Origin: a virus
Lineage: Duplodnaviria > Caudoviricetes
Direction: 5' to 3' (one strand)
IMG/VR virus record: IMGVR_UViG_3300045020_000042
Coordinates: 1 to 57,355 of that record
DNA: 57,355 nt
Part shown: positions 1 through 7,241 of the stretch, in pieces
Position numbering within the stretch: the stretch's first letter is position 1
Layout of the letters: each line of letters begins with the position of its first letter
Translations under genes and position numbers: made by a program
The notes under the pieces: model-generated
Told to the model about the DNA's origin: nothing
What the model saw: only the letters and a program-made list of their open reading frames with translations
Databases searched by the model: none

Positions 1-225
1 TGACGGCGCTCGCGGTCTGCTTCAAGAAGTTGGTGGAACTGTTTTAGAGGCGAACGGCCGACGACCGTGAAGTTCGGCCCACCAGACAGAGGTACGGAGG
101 CTCTATGCAACGCGCCCGTATTCAACCCGTAACAGCTGAGGACGAAATGGAAGACAAATCAAAGCAGCCAGTGGTAACCGTATCTGCGCCACCCCAGGTG
201 GAAAATCCACGCGCCCAGCGCCGCG
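1..225 (+). repeat. Terminal overlap, copy 1 (short allele)
   Basis: 1-116 = 56968-57083 and 117-225 = 57247-57355. The end copy has 163 extra bp. Consistent with a circular or terminally redundant assembly. Confidence 0.95.
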
Positions 226-563
226 TTCCACAGAGCCTGAACCGCCTCGAGCAGGCGGAGTACTTCAAGCTCTACAAGTGGATCGAGGCCGTCTGGTCCG
301 AGATCAGCAAGGAGCCCGGGATCCTTCGCGCGACGATCGCGCAACGCGCAACGGGCGCGCTCGGGTTCACGATCACCGAGCACCACATCTTCGGCGCGCT
401 CAAGAGCATGGGTCTCGAGCTTCCCGGCGTCAAGCGCGTTGTGAAGACCGACGAGGCCGTGAAGACGCTCGCGCAGACGCTCCTCATGCTGATCTCCGAG
501 ATCCCGCTGCTCGCTGCGAAGGTTCCTCAAGAGATCTTTGACGCGGTCAAGGAGCTGTCGTGA
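105..563 (+). CDS. Hypothetical early protein (N-terminus depends on allele)
   Basis: ORF with GGAGG before ATG105 and a second start at 148 after GCTGAGGAC. In the long allele it starts at 57169. Confidence 0.7.
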   Translation: MQRARIQPVTAEDEMEDKSKQPVVTVSAPPQVENPRAQRRVPQSLNRLEQAEYFKLYKWIEAVWSEISKEPGILRATIAQRATGALGFTITEHHIFGALKSMGLELPGVKRVVKTDEAVKTLAQTLLMLISEIPLLAAKVPQEIFDAVKELS

Positions 564-799
564 GCGTCCTTGAACCGTTGCCGCGCGGAGCGATCAAGCT
601 GCTGAAGGAGGCGATCGACGAGGCCGCAGGCTGGCGTGGCACGCTCGTCGGCAACCCCGACCCGCAACCGCTCGAGGAGTTTGACTCTCGGATCGCAGCC
701 ATGCGCGCGGCGCTCGAGGCCGTTCGCCTCCAGAACGCCGCGGTGAAACGGGCCGTGAGCCTCAACAAGATCGCGCTCACTGCCATCGTACCGCACTAA
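560..799 (+). CDS. Hypothetical protein
   Basis: GTGA-coupled to the upstream ORF, AGGAG RBS. Confidence 0.7.
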   Translation: MSVLEPLPRGAIKLLKEAIDEAAGWRGTLVGNPDPQPLEEFDSRIAAMRAALEAVRLQNAAVKRAVSLNKIALTAIVPH

Positions 800-808
800 G
801 GAGGGGTT

Positions 809-1042
809 ATGATGATTCACCCGTTAGTCCTGTGCGCGTTCGTCGTTGCGGTGTACGTCGTTGGATTCCTCAGCGGCGACGTGACGGTTGCGTGGCTTGT
901 AAGGGAGCCGAGACCGAGGTTCACTGAGCCGGTCGTTATCGAGAGCCCGACCGCGGTCTACCGGTTCAGTATCGCGCAGCCGGGAGACTACGAGTTCAAG
1001 GTCTACGCCGACGGCTCGACGACCTTCATGAGGGTCAGGTGA
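809..1042 (+). CDS. Hypothetical membrane protein
   Basis: AAGGAGG RBS, hydrophobic N-terminus. Confidence 0.7.
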   Translation: MMIHPLVLCAFVVAVYVVGFLSGDVTVAWLVREPRPRFTEPVVIESPTAVYRFSIAQPGDYEFKVYADGSTTFMRVR

Positions 1043-1266
1043 TGGCCAAGATCTACCGCATCGGTACCCTCGGCCGCAGCCAGGCCGCGCGGCGCGAGGA
1101 CGGCCAGTGGTTCGTCCGTGACCGGATCCGGACGCCGTTCGGCAACAAGTGGCTTCGCTGGTCGCCCGTCGCGGCCCGGCCCGATCACGCCTGGTACTGT
1201 GCGGGCGACGGCGAGGCGCGGCTTCCCCAGACTGATTCGTATCAACAACAAGGAGTTGCATCGTGA
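1039..1266 (+). CDS. Hypothetical protein
   Basis: 4-bp overlap in a tightly packed operon. Confidence 0.65.
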   Translation: MMAKIYRIGTLGRSQAARREDGQWFVRDRIRTPFGNKWLRWSPVAARPDHAWYCAGDGEARLPQTDSYQQQGVAS

Positions 1267-1550
1267 ATAGCATTAAGGTTTTCAAGCACCCGTCGAAGCT
1301 CAAGGTCGTGATCGACCCGCCGCCGGCCCCGGTCAGCATGCTGTCCGGTACCGTGAAGGGCGACACGTTCCTTCGCGAGGGCGCGCTCTGTATGCGAGTC
1401 GAATTGGGTTACCACTGTGAAAGGGAGGGAATCGTAGGGTCGCCGGCGCTCTGGATCATCAACTTGCAGACCGGTCGGGTCTGGGCCGCGGGTGACCGTG
1501 TCATCGATCACGTCAAGGCCTGCCTGACGCTGGAAGGGGGCCGGGAATGA
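1263..1550 (+). CDS. Hypothetical protein
   Basis: AAGGAG RBS, 4-bp overlaps on both sides. Confidence 0.7.
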   Translation: MNSIKVFKHPSKLKVVIDPPPAPVSMLSGTVKGDTFLREGALCMRVELGYHCEREGIVGSPALWIINLQTGRVWAAGDRVIDHVKACLTLEGGRE

Positions 1551-1849
1551 GAATCGTCCAGCTCGCCGTCGCGACCGACACCGAGAACGGCGAGGCCCTG
1601 TACGGGCTCGATGAGTTCGGCCGGTTGTACCTGTACCGCTACGTTCCTCTGGAGCCGAGGCGCTACGTCAAGCACCTGACCGACCGCAACGGTCACGCGA
1701 TCACGGGCACCGAGCACGGCGTGAACCTCTACGAGGCCGCGACCACGTGGACCTATTGCGACGGCTACACCAAGGGCTGGGAGCTGATCTGCGAGCACGA
1801 TGAGCCCCTGAGCCATCCCATCTCTCACCCGGAGGATCCTTCAAAATGA
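1547..1849 (+). CDS. Hypothetical protein
   Basis: ATGA coupling, GC3-rich codons. Confidence 0.7.
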   Translation: MRIVQLAVATDTENGEALYGLDEFGRLYLYRYVPLEPRRYVKHLTDRNGHAITGTEHGVNLYEAATTWTYCDGYTKGWELICEHDEPLSHPISHPEDPSK

Positions 1850-2226
1850 AGTTCCTGAAGAAATGGCGCCTCGAGCGACGCCTCAAGGCCCTTGCGGCCG
1901 AGCTCGACCAGCTCGACGATACCGAACGGCAGGTCACTGAGCGCAAGGGTCTCGTGATCAACGCCATGATCCGGACCCGGCACGCCCTGCTCGACTGCGA
2001 GGTCAAGTCACGCACCGAGGGTCGGACCTGGACCGTCACGCACGCGGTCGAGGGCGCAACGATGAAGAAGGGAGACACGTTCACGGTTGGCCCGTACCAT
2101 CCGGCCGTCCGGCCCGCGATCATCGTCAACTGCCCGGTCGATATCAACGTGCGGAACTGCACGTGGAATGATACGAACCCCGTCGCCTCCGGGCCCGTCG
2201 ATATCGATACGAGGAACCAGTCATGA
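1846..2226 (+). CDS. Hypothetical protein
   Basis: GGAGG RBS, ATGA coupling. Confidence 0.7.
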   Translation: MKFLKKWRLERRLKALAAELDQLDDTERQVTERKGLVINAMIRTRHALLDCEVKSRTEGRTWTVTHAVEGATMKKGDTFTVGPYHPAVRPAIIVNCPVDINVRNCTWNDTNPVASGPVDIDTRNQS

Positions 2227-2456
2227 AGCCCTGGCAAGTGGTGGCCGTAATGATCATCGTCGGGTGCGCCGTCGGCTCGCTCGTCCTTCTGGTCGGGGCG
2301 GCGACGTATCACCCGCGGCTTGAGGACGACTTCGACGCGCACTTCATCTGCTCGATCGACGGTCACGCGTACGTCGCCGCGGCCGACGACGGGGTCTCCG
2401 CCCAGAAGACTCTCACCAGGGCGCAGGAGTACGACTCCCAGTGCGCAGGGCGATGA
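2223..2456 (+). CDS. Hypothetical membrane protein
   Basis: N-terminal hydrophobic helix, ATGA coupling. Confidence 0.7.
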   Translation: MKPWQVVAVMIIVGCAVGSLVLLVGAATYHPRLEDDFDAHFICSIDGHAYVAAADDGVSAQKTLTRAQEYDSQCAGR

Positions 2457-2600
2457 TGAACCGCCGGCGACCCGGACTTCGCCGGTATCCACTGACGCGG
2501 CTGCTGCCGGCCGCGACGTCGGCGCGCCCGTTCCTGATCCGTATCCGGGGCCGGTCGCGCCGGCAGATCGTAAGGATCCTGCGCAAGGCGGGGTCTCATC
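2452..2600 (+). ncRNA. Candidate multi-branched structured RNA
   Basis: Closing pairs GATGA/TCATC and CCGCC/GGCGG. Internal hairpins CCGGCGA/TCGCCGG, CGCGGC/GCCGCG, CGGCGCG/CGCGCCG, GCAG/CTGC in a 160-bp gap. Confidence 0.35.
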
Positions 2601-2618
2601 TTTTAACCTGAGGAAATC

Positions 2619-2933
2619 ATGGCACATAACCGTATCGGGACGTTCAAGGAAGCGGAAAAGAAGTTAAACGCCCAGCTCAACCCGGCCAACCCGGTAGACG
2701 ATCCGGTCAACCATCCGGCTCATTACACGCAAGGTGCTGTAGAATGTATCGACGCGATCCGCGCGGCGCTTGGCCGGGACGGGTTTATCGCGTTCCTGCG
2801 CGGTCAGGTCATCAAGTATCAGTGGCGGCTCGGCCTGAAGGGTGTAGCGGCCGAGGACGCGGCGAAGGCGAACTGGTACGGCCAGAAGCTGGAGCAAGTC
2901 CTGAAAGAGGACCCTCTCGTTCTTGTCGATTAA
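2619..2933 (+). CDS. DUF3310 / T7 gp1.7-like nucleotide kinase domain protein
   Basis: Signature DPVNHPAHYTQGAVECIDAI...GQVIKYQWR...K...ED..KA.WY. Confidence 0.85.
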   Translation: MAHNRIGTFKEAEKKLNAQLNPANPVDDPVNHPAHYTQGAVECIDAIRAALGRDGFIAFLRGQVIKYQWRLGLKGVAAEDAAKANWYGQKLEQVLKEDPLVLVD

Positions 2934-2943
2934 GGAGTGAATC

Positions 2944-3111
2944 ATGTGTGAGGTGCTGGCGTTTCTCGTAATCTGTCTCATCGTCCTCTACCTCGGCCTG
3001 GTGCTGCTCGGCACGTGGTTCAACTGGAGATGGGAGAGGCACTGCCGGGAGTGCGAACGGTCCGTCCGCGACGGTAACGAGCTGCGCCGGAAGTTGGGGT
3101 ACGACCGGTGA
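2944..3111 (+). CDS. Small membrane protein (55 aa, not in ORF track)
   Basis: TAAGGAG RBS; MCEVLAFLVICLIVLYLGLVLLGTWFNWRW... Confidence 0.6.
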   Translation: MCEVLAFLVICLIVLYLGLVLLGTWFNWRWERHCRECERSVRDGNELRRKLGYDR

Positions 3112-3416
3112 GCCGCCTCCCGACTGACTCGCACGTGCACAGCCCGTTCGCAAAGCTGGGCCTGGCGCCGGGCGCGACGCCCGACCAGGTCAAGCAGGCC
3201 TGGCGCCGGCTCGCCGCGATCTACCACCCGGATAAGGGCGGTGACGGCGCCAAGTTCCACGAGCTCCGCCTCGCCTACGAGGCCGCGCTTGTGCAGTCGC
3301 AGCTGCCGAAGGTCTGTTCGAGGTGTAACGGGTCGGGCAAGACCGAGTACCGGAACGGCTTTAGCAGCATCATGATCGTCTGCTCGTTGTGTAACGGAAT
3401 CGGAGAAACAGCATGA
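3108..3416 (+). CDS. Minimal DnaJ-like protein (J-domain plus zinc finger)
   Basis: LGL.P.A....VKQAWRRLAAIYHPDKGG (HPD motif) and two CxxCxGxG repeats. Confidence 0.85.
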   Translation: MSRLPTDSHVHSPFAKLGLAPGATPDQVKQAWRRLAAIYHPDKGGDGAKFHELRLAYEAALVQSQLPKVCSRCNGSGKTEYRNGFSSIMIVCSLCNGIGETA

Positions 3417-3742
3417 CCGTAATTTTCAAGGACCAGGCGTTCTACGATGAGTACATCGGGCTCGACGATCGCGATTACCGCGGCTGTACGTTCCATCGCT
3501 GCACGTTCTGCTACCGCGCCGAGGGCGAGGTACGCATGGAGCGTTGTACGTTCAGCGGCTGCAACTTCATGCTCGACGGTCCGGCGAAGGCCGTGGTCGA
3601 GTTCCTGACCGTCCTTCACCAGATGAAGAACGGCGGCGACCTGCTCGTCGAGTCGTTCTTCGCGCTCGTCCGGAGCGGCGAGGTCTTGAATCCGCAATCG
3701 TTCCAGGTGGCGTCGAGCGATGGCAGCCGGACGCTGAACTAG
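3413..3742 (+). CDS. Hypothetical protein with short beta-repeat (xCTFxx) pattern
   Basis: GCTFHRCTF, ERCTFSGCNF; GGAGA RBS. Confidence 0.65.
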   Translation: MTVIFKDQAFYDEYIGLDDRDYRGCTFHRCTFCYRAEGEVRMERCTFSGCNFMLDGPAKAVVEFLTVLHQMKNGGDLLVESFFALVRSGEVLNPQSFQVASSDGSRTLN

Positions 3743-3798
3743 TTTACAGGTGGATTTTTTCGCTGTACGATCGCGCTGTCAACCTGCTGAGGACGACC

Positions 3799-4317
3799 AT
3801 GCCATTGGTTCCCAACGATATTTCAAAGAAGGCCCTTGAGCTCATCCGGGGCTTAGGCCCGGACGATCCGGACCCGTTCCTTCCCTCTGACTACGCTCGC
3901 ATGCTCGGCGGCCGACGCGCCGGCAAGTCGATGGTGCAACGTCAGTGGCTGCAGGACTTCGGCGTCGACCTGACTAAGCACGTGTTCCAGCCGCTGCTGG
4001 TCGAGAACGTCCTCTCGGTCGATGAGGGCGGGCGCGAGTATACTATCATCTCGGTCGACGAGGCCACCAGCTTCGACCATACCGCGATCGCGCGGATTGT
4101 CCGAGAGTTTACCGATTTCAAGCCCAACTCAGTGTGGTTCACTGAACTCCCCGACCCGGAGGACTGGTACCTCAAGGGCTGGCCGTACGTCGAGCAGGCA
4201 CCCGTCGACCTGGGTCCTTGGCCCTGGCCGAAGGCGCCGCCCGTTCCTCACGTCATGGGGCTCGACCCCGAGGAGATCAACCAGGCGGCGTTCGCCGCGT
4301 TCCGTCACCTGCTGTAA
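3799..4317 (+). CDS. Hypothetical protein with Walker A/B-like motifs
   Basis: Start chosen after GCTGAGGAC; LGGRRAGKS and IISVDEA. Confidence 0.55.
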   Translation: MPLVPNDISKKALELIRGLGPDDPDPFLPSDYARMLGGRRAGKSMVQRQWLQDFGVDLTKHVFQPLLVENVLSVDEGGREYTIISVDEATSFDHTAIARIVREFTDFKPNSVWFTELPDPEDWYLKGWPYVEQAPVDLGPWPWPKAPPVPHVMGLDPEEINQAAFAAFRHLL

Positions 4318-4358
4318 ACCCGTAGCACACTCACTCGTAACCCGTAAGGAGAGTAACC

Positions 4359-4763
4359 ATGGCAGTTGCCAAGAAGGCTCCCGTTTTCAAGATCCCCAAG
4401 ACCATCGGCGCGGTCGCCGACCTGCTCTACTCGACGCGCGAGGAGCGGCTCGCGCTCGCGAAGGACGTCGCCTCGCTGCAGGAGCGGGAGAACCTGCTCC
4501 GTGAGCACATCATCAACACGCTACCGAAGTCCGAGGCGACGGGCGCGGCGGGAAAGCTCGCTCGCGTGACGGTCGTCAACGACGAGGTCCCGCAGGTCAA
4601 GGACTGGGACGAGCTCTACAAGTTCATCAGCCGCACGAAGTCGTTCGAGCTCCTGAACCGCGCGCTGTCGAAGTCCGCGGCGACTGAGCGGCTCGCGGCC
4701 GGCAAAAAGATCCCCGGCGTTGAGATGTTCCCCATCGTGAAGGTCTCGATCAACAAGGTGTAG
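4359..4763 (+). CDS. Phage hypothetical protein (coiled-coil, replication module)
   Basis: AAGGAG RBS, strong codon bias. Confidence 0.8.
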   Translation: MAVAKKAPVFKIPKTIGAVADLLYSTREERLALAKDVASLQERENLLREHIINTLPKSEATGAAGKLARVTVVNDEVPQVKDWDELYKFISRTKSFELLNRALSKSAATERLAAGKKIPGVEMFPIVKVSINKV

Positions 4764-4767
4764 GCCC

Positions 4768-5418
4768 ATGACTCACTGTCTTGCGCGCCGTCACCGGCTG
4801 CTGTCGTTGCTGCCCGACGATGAGTGGAAGGTGCTCGAGCCGCTCCTGAACCTCACCGAACTGCGCGGCGGCCGGCAGCTCCTCAGCGGCGTTTTCTTTC
4901 CGACGTCCGCGACGCTCGCGGTCTTCGATCGCAGCCTTATGGAGGCCGGCGCGATCTACGGCGGGGAGGCCGCGATCGCCGGGTCGACGTTCAGCATGGC
5001 GCCGCTCGACGCCCAACTCGTCGTGCGGCACACCGGCTACGCCTGGACGATGCTTCACCACCACTACATGGAGTACGGCCTGCAGCTCGTCAGGCTGCGC
5101 AGCCTGATCGAGGGCATGGACCGGACCTACACGCGCCGGGCGCTCGCGACCCTGCGCTGTGCGGCTACGCACACGCTCGAGCGGCGTGTCGCGCGCTACC
5201 TCCTCGAGCAGGGGGAGGCCGAGCTTGACGTGACCCAGCAGTCGGTCGCTGACGCGCTTGGTATCCGTCGTGAGAGCGTTACTGAAGTGTTCGGGATGCT
5301 CGACCGCCACGGCGCAATCGCCCACGTTCGCGGGCACGTGACGGTCAACCTCACGGCGCTTCGCCCGTACTCGTGCGGCTGCGTCAGTTTCACCCGTAAC
5401 CCGTATACCAGCGTTTAA
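4768..5418 (+). CDS. Crp/Fnr-family transcriptional regulator
   Basis: HTLERRVARYLL...VTQQSVADALGIRRESVT...G.I...RG.V...L...SCGC, a Crp-type HTH with C-terminal CxC. Confidence 0.85.
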   Translation: MTHCLARRHRLLSLLPDDEWKVLEPLLNLTELRGGRQLLSGVFFPTSATLAVFDRSLMEAGAIYGGEAAIAGSTFSMAPLDAQLVVRHTGYAWTMLHHHYMEYGLQLVRLRSLIEGMDRTYTRRALATLRCAATHTLERRVARYLLEQGEAELDVTQQSVADALGIRRESVTEVFGMLDRHGAIAHVRGHVTVNLTALRPYSCGCVSFTRNPYTSV

Positions 5419-5434
5419 CCCACAAGGAGCAGTC

Positions 5435-6283
5435 ATGGCAGCACGCAAACCTAAGATGTCAGAGTCAACCGCGGTCGCGAACTGGGACGAGGAGCTCGCA
5501 GCCGCCGCAGCTGCGGCCGCCGCGCAGGAGGCGTCGACCTCATCGGGCCAGTTCTTCGGACTGCGCGCGGGCGTCCTCACGTTCAACGACGCGCCGTTGC
5601 CGAACAACGAGATGGCGGTCATCATCCTCGACGCTGTGCTCGAGAACGTGTTCTACGGCGGTGCGTACGACCCTGACACGCCCCAATCGCCGGTCTGCTT
5701 CGCGTTCGGCCGTGATGAGAAGACCATGGAGCCGCACGCGAACGTCGACTCCGAGGAGGGGTTCGACCGGCAGCACCAGTCGTGCCATGGCTGCCCGAAC
5801 AACGAGTTTGGCTCGGCCGACGTCGGTAAGGGCAAGGCATGCCGGAACACGCGCCGCCTCGCGATGATCAGCGCGGGCACGCTCGAGCGCATCGGGCGCA
5901 GCGACTCGACCACGTTCACCGCGTTCGAGGACGTCGAGCACTTCGAGACGTCGCCGATCGGGTTCATGAAGCTGCCCGTCATGTCGGTCAAGGGTTACGC
6001 CGCGTTCGTCAAGCAGGTCGCCGGCGCGCTGCAACGTCCGCCGCACGCGATCTTCACCAAGGTACGCGTTGTCCCGGACGCCAAGTCCCAGTTCCGCGTG
6101 CTGTTCGAGCCGATCGGACAGGTCCCGAACGAGCTGCTCGGCGCGGTCATGGCGCGGCATCGTGAGGCGACGGAGTCGATCGAGTTCCCGTACACCCCGC
6201 GCAGCGATGACTTCGAGCAGGCGAAGCCCGCGCCGAAGCGTGGCGGCAAGGCAGCACCGCCGGCGCGCGGGAAGAAGTATTGA
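5435..6283 (+). CDS. Phage replication-module protein (possible ssDNA-binding), Cys motif
   Basis: CHGCPNNEFGS...GKGKACRNTRRLA; AAGGAG RBS. Function inferred from context. Confidence 0.6.
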   Translation: MAARKPKMSESTAVANWDEELAAAAAAAAAQEASTSSGQFFGLRAGVLTFNDAPLPNNEMAVIILDAVLENVFYGGAYDPDTPQSPVCFAFGRDEKTMEPHANVDSEEGFDRQHQSCHGCPNNEFGSADVGKGKACRNTRRLAMISAGTLERIGRSDSTTFTAFEDVEHFETSPIGFMKLPVMSVKGYAAFVKQVAGALQRPPHAIFTKVRVVPDAKSQFRVLFEPIGQVPNELLGAVMARHREATESIEFPYTPRSDDFEQAKPAPKRGGKAAPPARGKKY

Positions 6284-6288
6284 TTTAC

Positions 6289-6410
6289 GGAGGGTTCGCC
6301 GGGCGACGGGTGTCAAGCTGTATAGGTGCGTGCCGGTAGGCATGTCGTGGTAATCAATCCATACTAGCTCAGCGGCCACGGGCGGGGTTCAACTCCTCGG
6401 CCCTCCCCCA
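6289..6410 (+). ncRNA. tRNA-like RNA with expanded central domain
   Basis: Acceptor GGAGGGT/GCCCTCC, discriminator C, CCA 6408-6410. T-arm CGGGG-TTCAACT-CCTCG. 122 nt, no canonical anticodon arm. Confidence 0.65.
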
Positions 6411-6465
6411 CTAACAGGAGCGAGTCGTGAAGATCCGCTTTTTCAAACTTATCAAAGGAATCGTC

Positions 6466-6654
6466 ATGTTTGACATCAAGGCGTTGAAGGAGTCGGTACA
6501 GAAGGAGCTCGGCGAGGAGATGGCGTCCAAGGCCAAGGCCGTGCTGAAGTCGAAGTACAAGCAGCTCGAGAGCGCGAAGGCTGTGGTGCGTAACACCGAG
6601 CGCGAGATCGCCGACCTCGAAGCGAGCATCGAAGATGGTTCCTTCACTGGTTAG
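6466..6654 (+). CDS. Small coiled-coil protein
   Basis: AAAGGA RBS before MFDIK; alternative GTG start at 6427. Confidence 0.7.
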   Translation: MFDIKALKESVQKELGEEMASKAKAVLKSKYKQLESAKAVVRNTEREIADLEASIEDGSFTG

Positions 6655-7225
6655 CCGTATCGTCTCGATCCCGCACCGCATCTTCTTTGCGGGGTGGGAG
6701 TCGACGACGACCGAGCTGCAGCAGTGCGGCTGGCGGTTCGCGGCCGAGGAGGACATCGCGCGGTACGAGGTTCGCCTGGTCTTGCGGCACGCGGTCGCCG
6801 GGCTGTACGGCGTCACCGAATCGGTAAGCCACATGTACTTTATGGGTAGGGGCGAACCGCTGAACTTTCACGTGATCTATCTGGGACCGCACTTCAGCGT
6901 TAACCCCCGGAGCTTTAACATGAATGGTGGGATGGACTTGCGCAACTTCCGTTCGATCGACGCGTACCCACAGATGATTCACGTGGACGAAGTGCAGAAC
7001 GTTGAGGACTTCAGCCACCTCTTCGCCGTCCCGCTCGTGAGGACCGAGCAGCTGATCGTCGAGCCGCACATGGTCGCAGGGCTGCTCGAGAAGATCCGGG
7101 AGGCCCAGTCGCCCGAGCAGGCCGCGATCCGCGAACGCAACAGGACCCGAGACCGTCGGGCCGAGTACCAGACCGGTGTGGAACGTCAGGTGTTTCACGC
7201 CCAGATTTTAAGCATCGCAAGTTAA
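6635..7225 (+). CDS. Hypothetical protein
   Basis: 196-aa ORF in operon. Confidence 0.7.
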   Translation: MVPSLVSRIVSIPHRIFFAGWESTTTELQQCGWRFAAEEDIARYEVRLVLRHAVAGLYGVTESVSHMYFMGRGEPLNFHVIYLGPHFSVNPRSFNMNGGMDLRNFRSIDAYPQMIHVDEVQNVEDFSHLFAVPLVRTEQLIVEPHMVAGLLEKIREAQSPEQAAIRERNRTRDRRAEYQTGVERQVFHAQILSIAS

Positions 7226-7241
7226 CCAGGAGCTGAGGACG

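Noticed and set aside
136-147. CTGAGGA-C-GAAA resembling a hammerhead core
   Set aside because: No stem II between the core strands and no convincing stems I and III; explained by the GCTGAGGAC RBS motif before ATG148.
1-225. Physical direct terminal repeat of the virion DNA
   Set aside because: The copies differ by an internal indel and lie mid-operon; more likely an assembly overlap around a polymorphism. Read data are needed.
6289-6410. Canonical tRNA or tmRNA
   Set aside because: No 7-nt anticodon loop at the proper position, no alanine identity pair, no tag reading frame; kept as tRNA-like.
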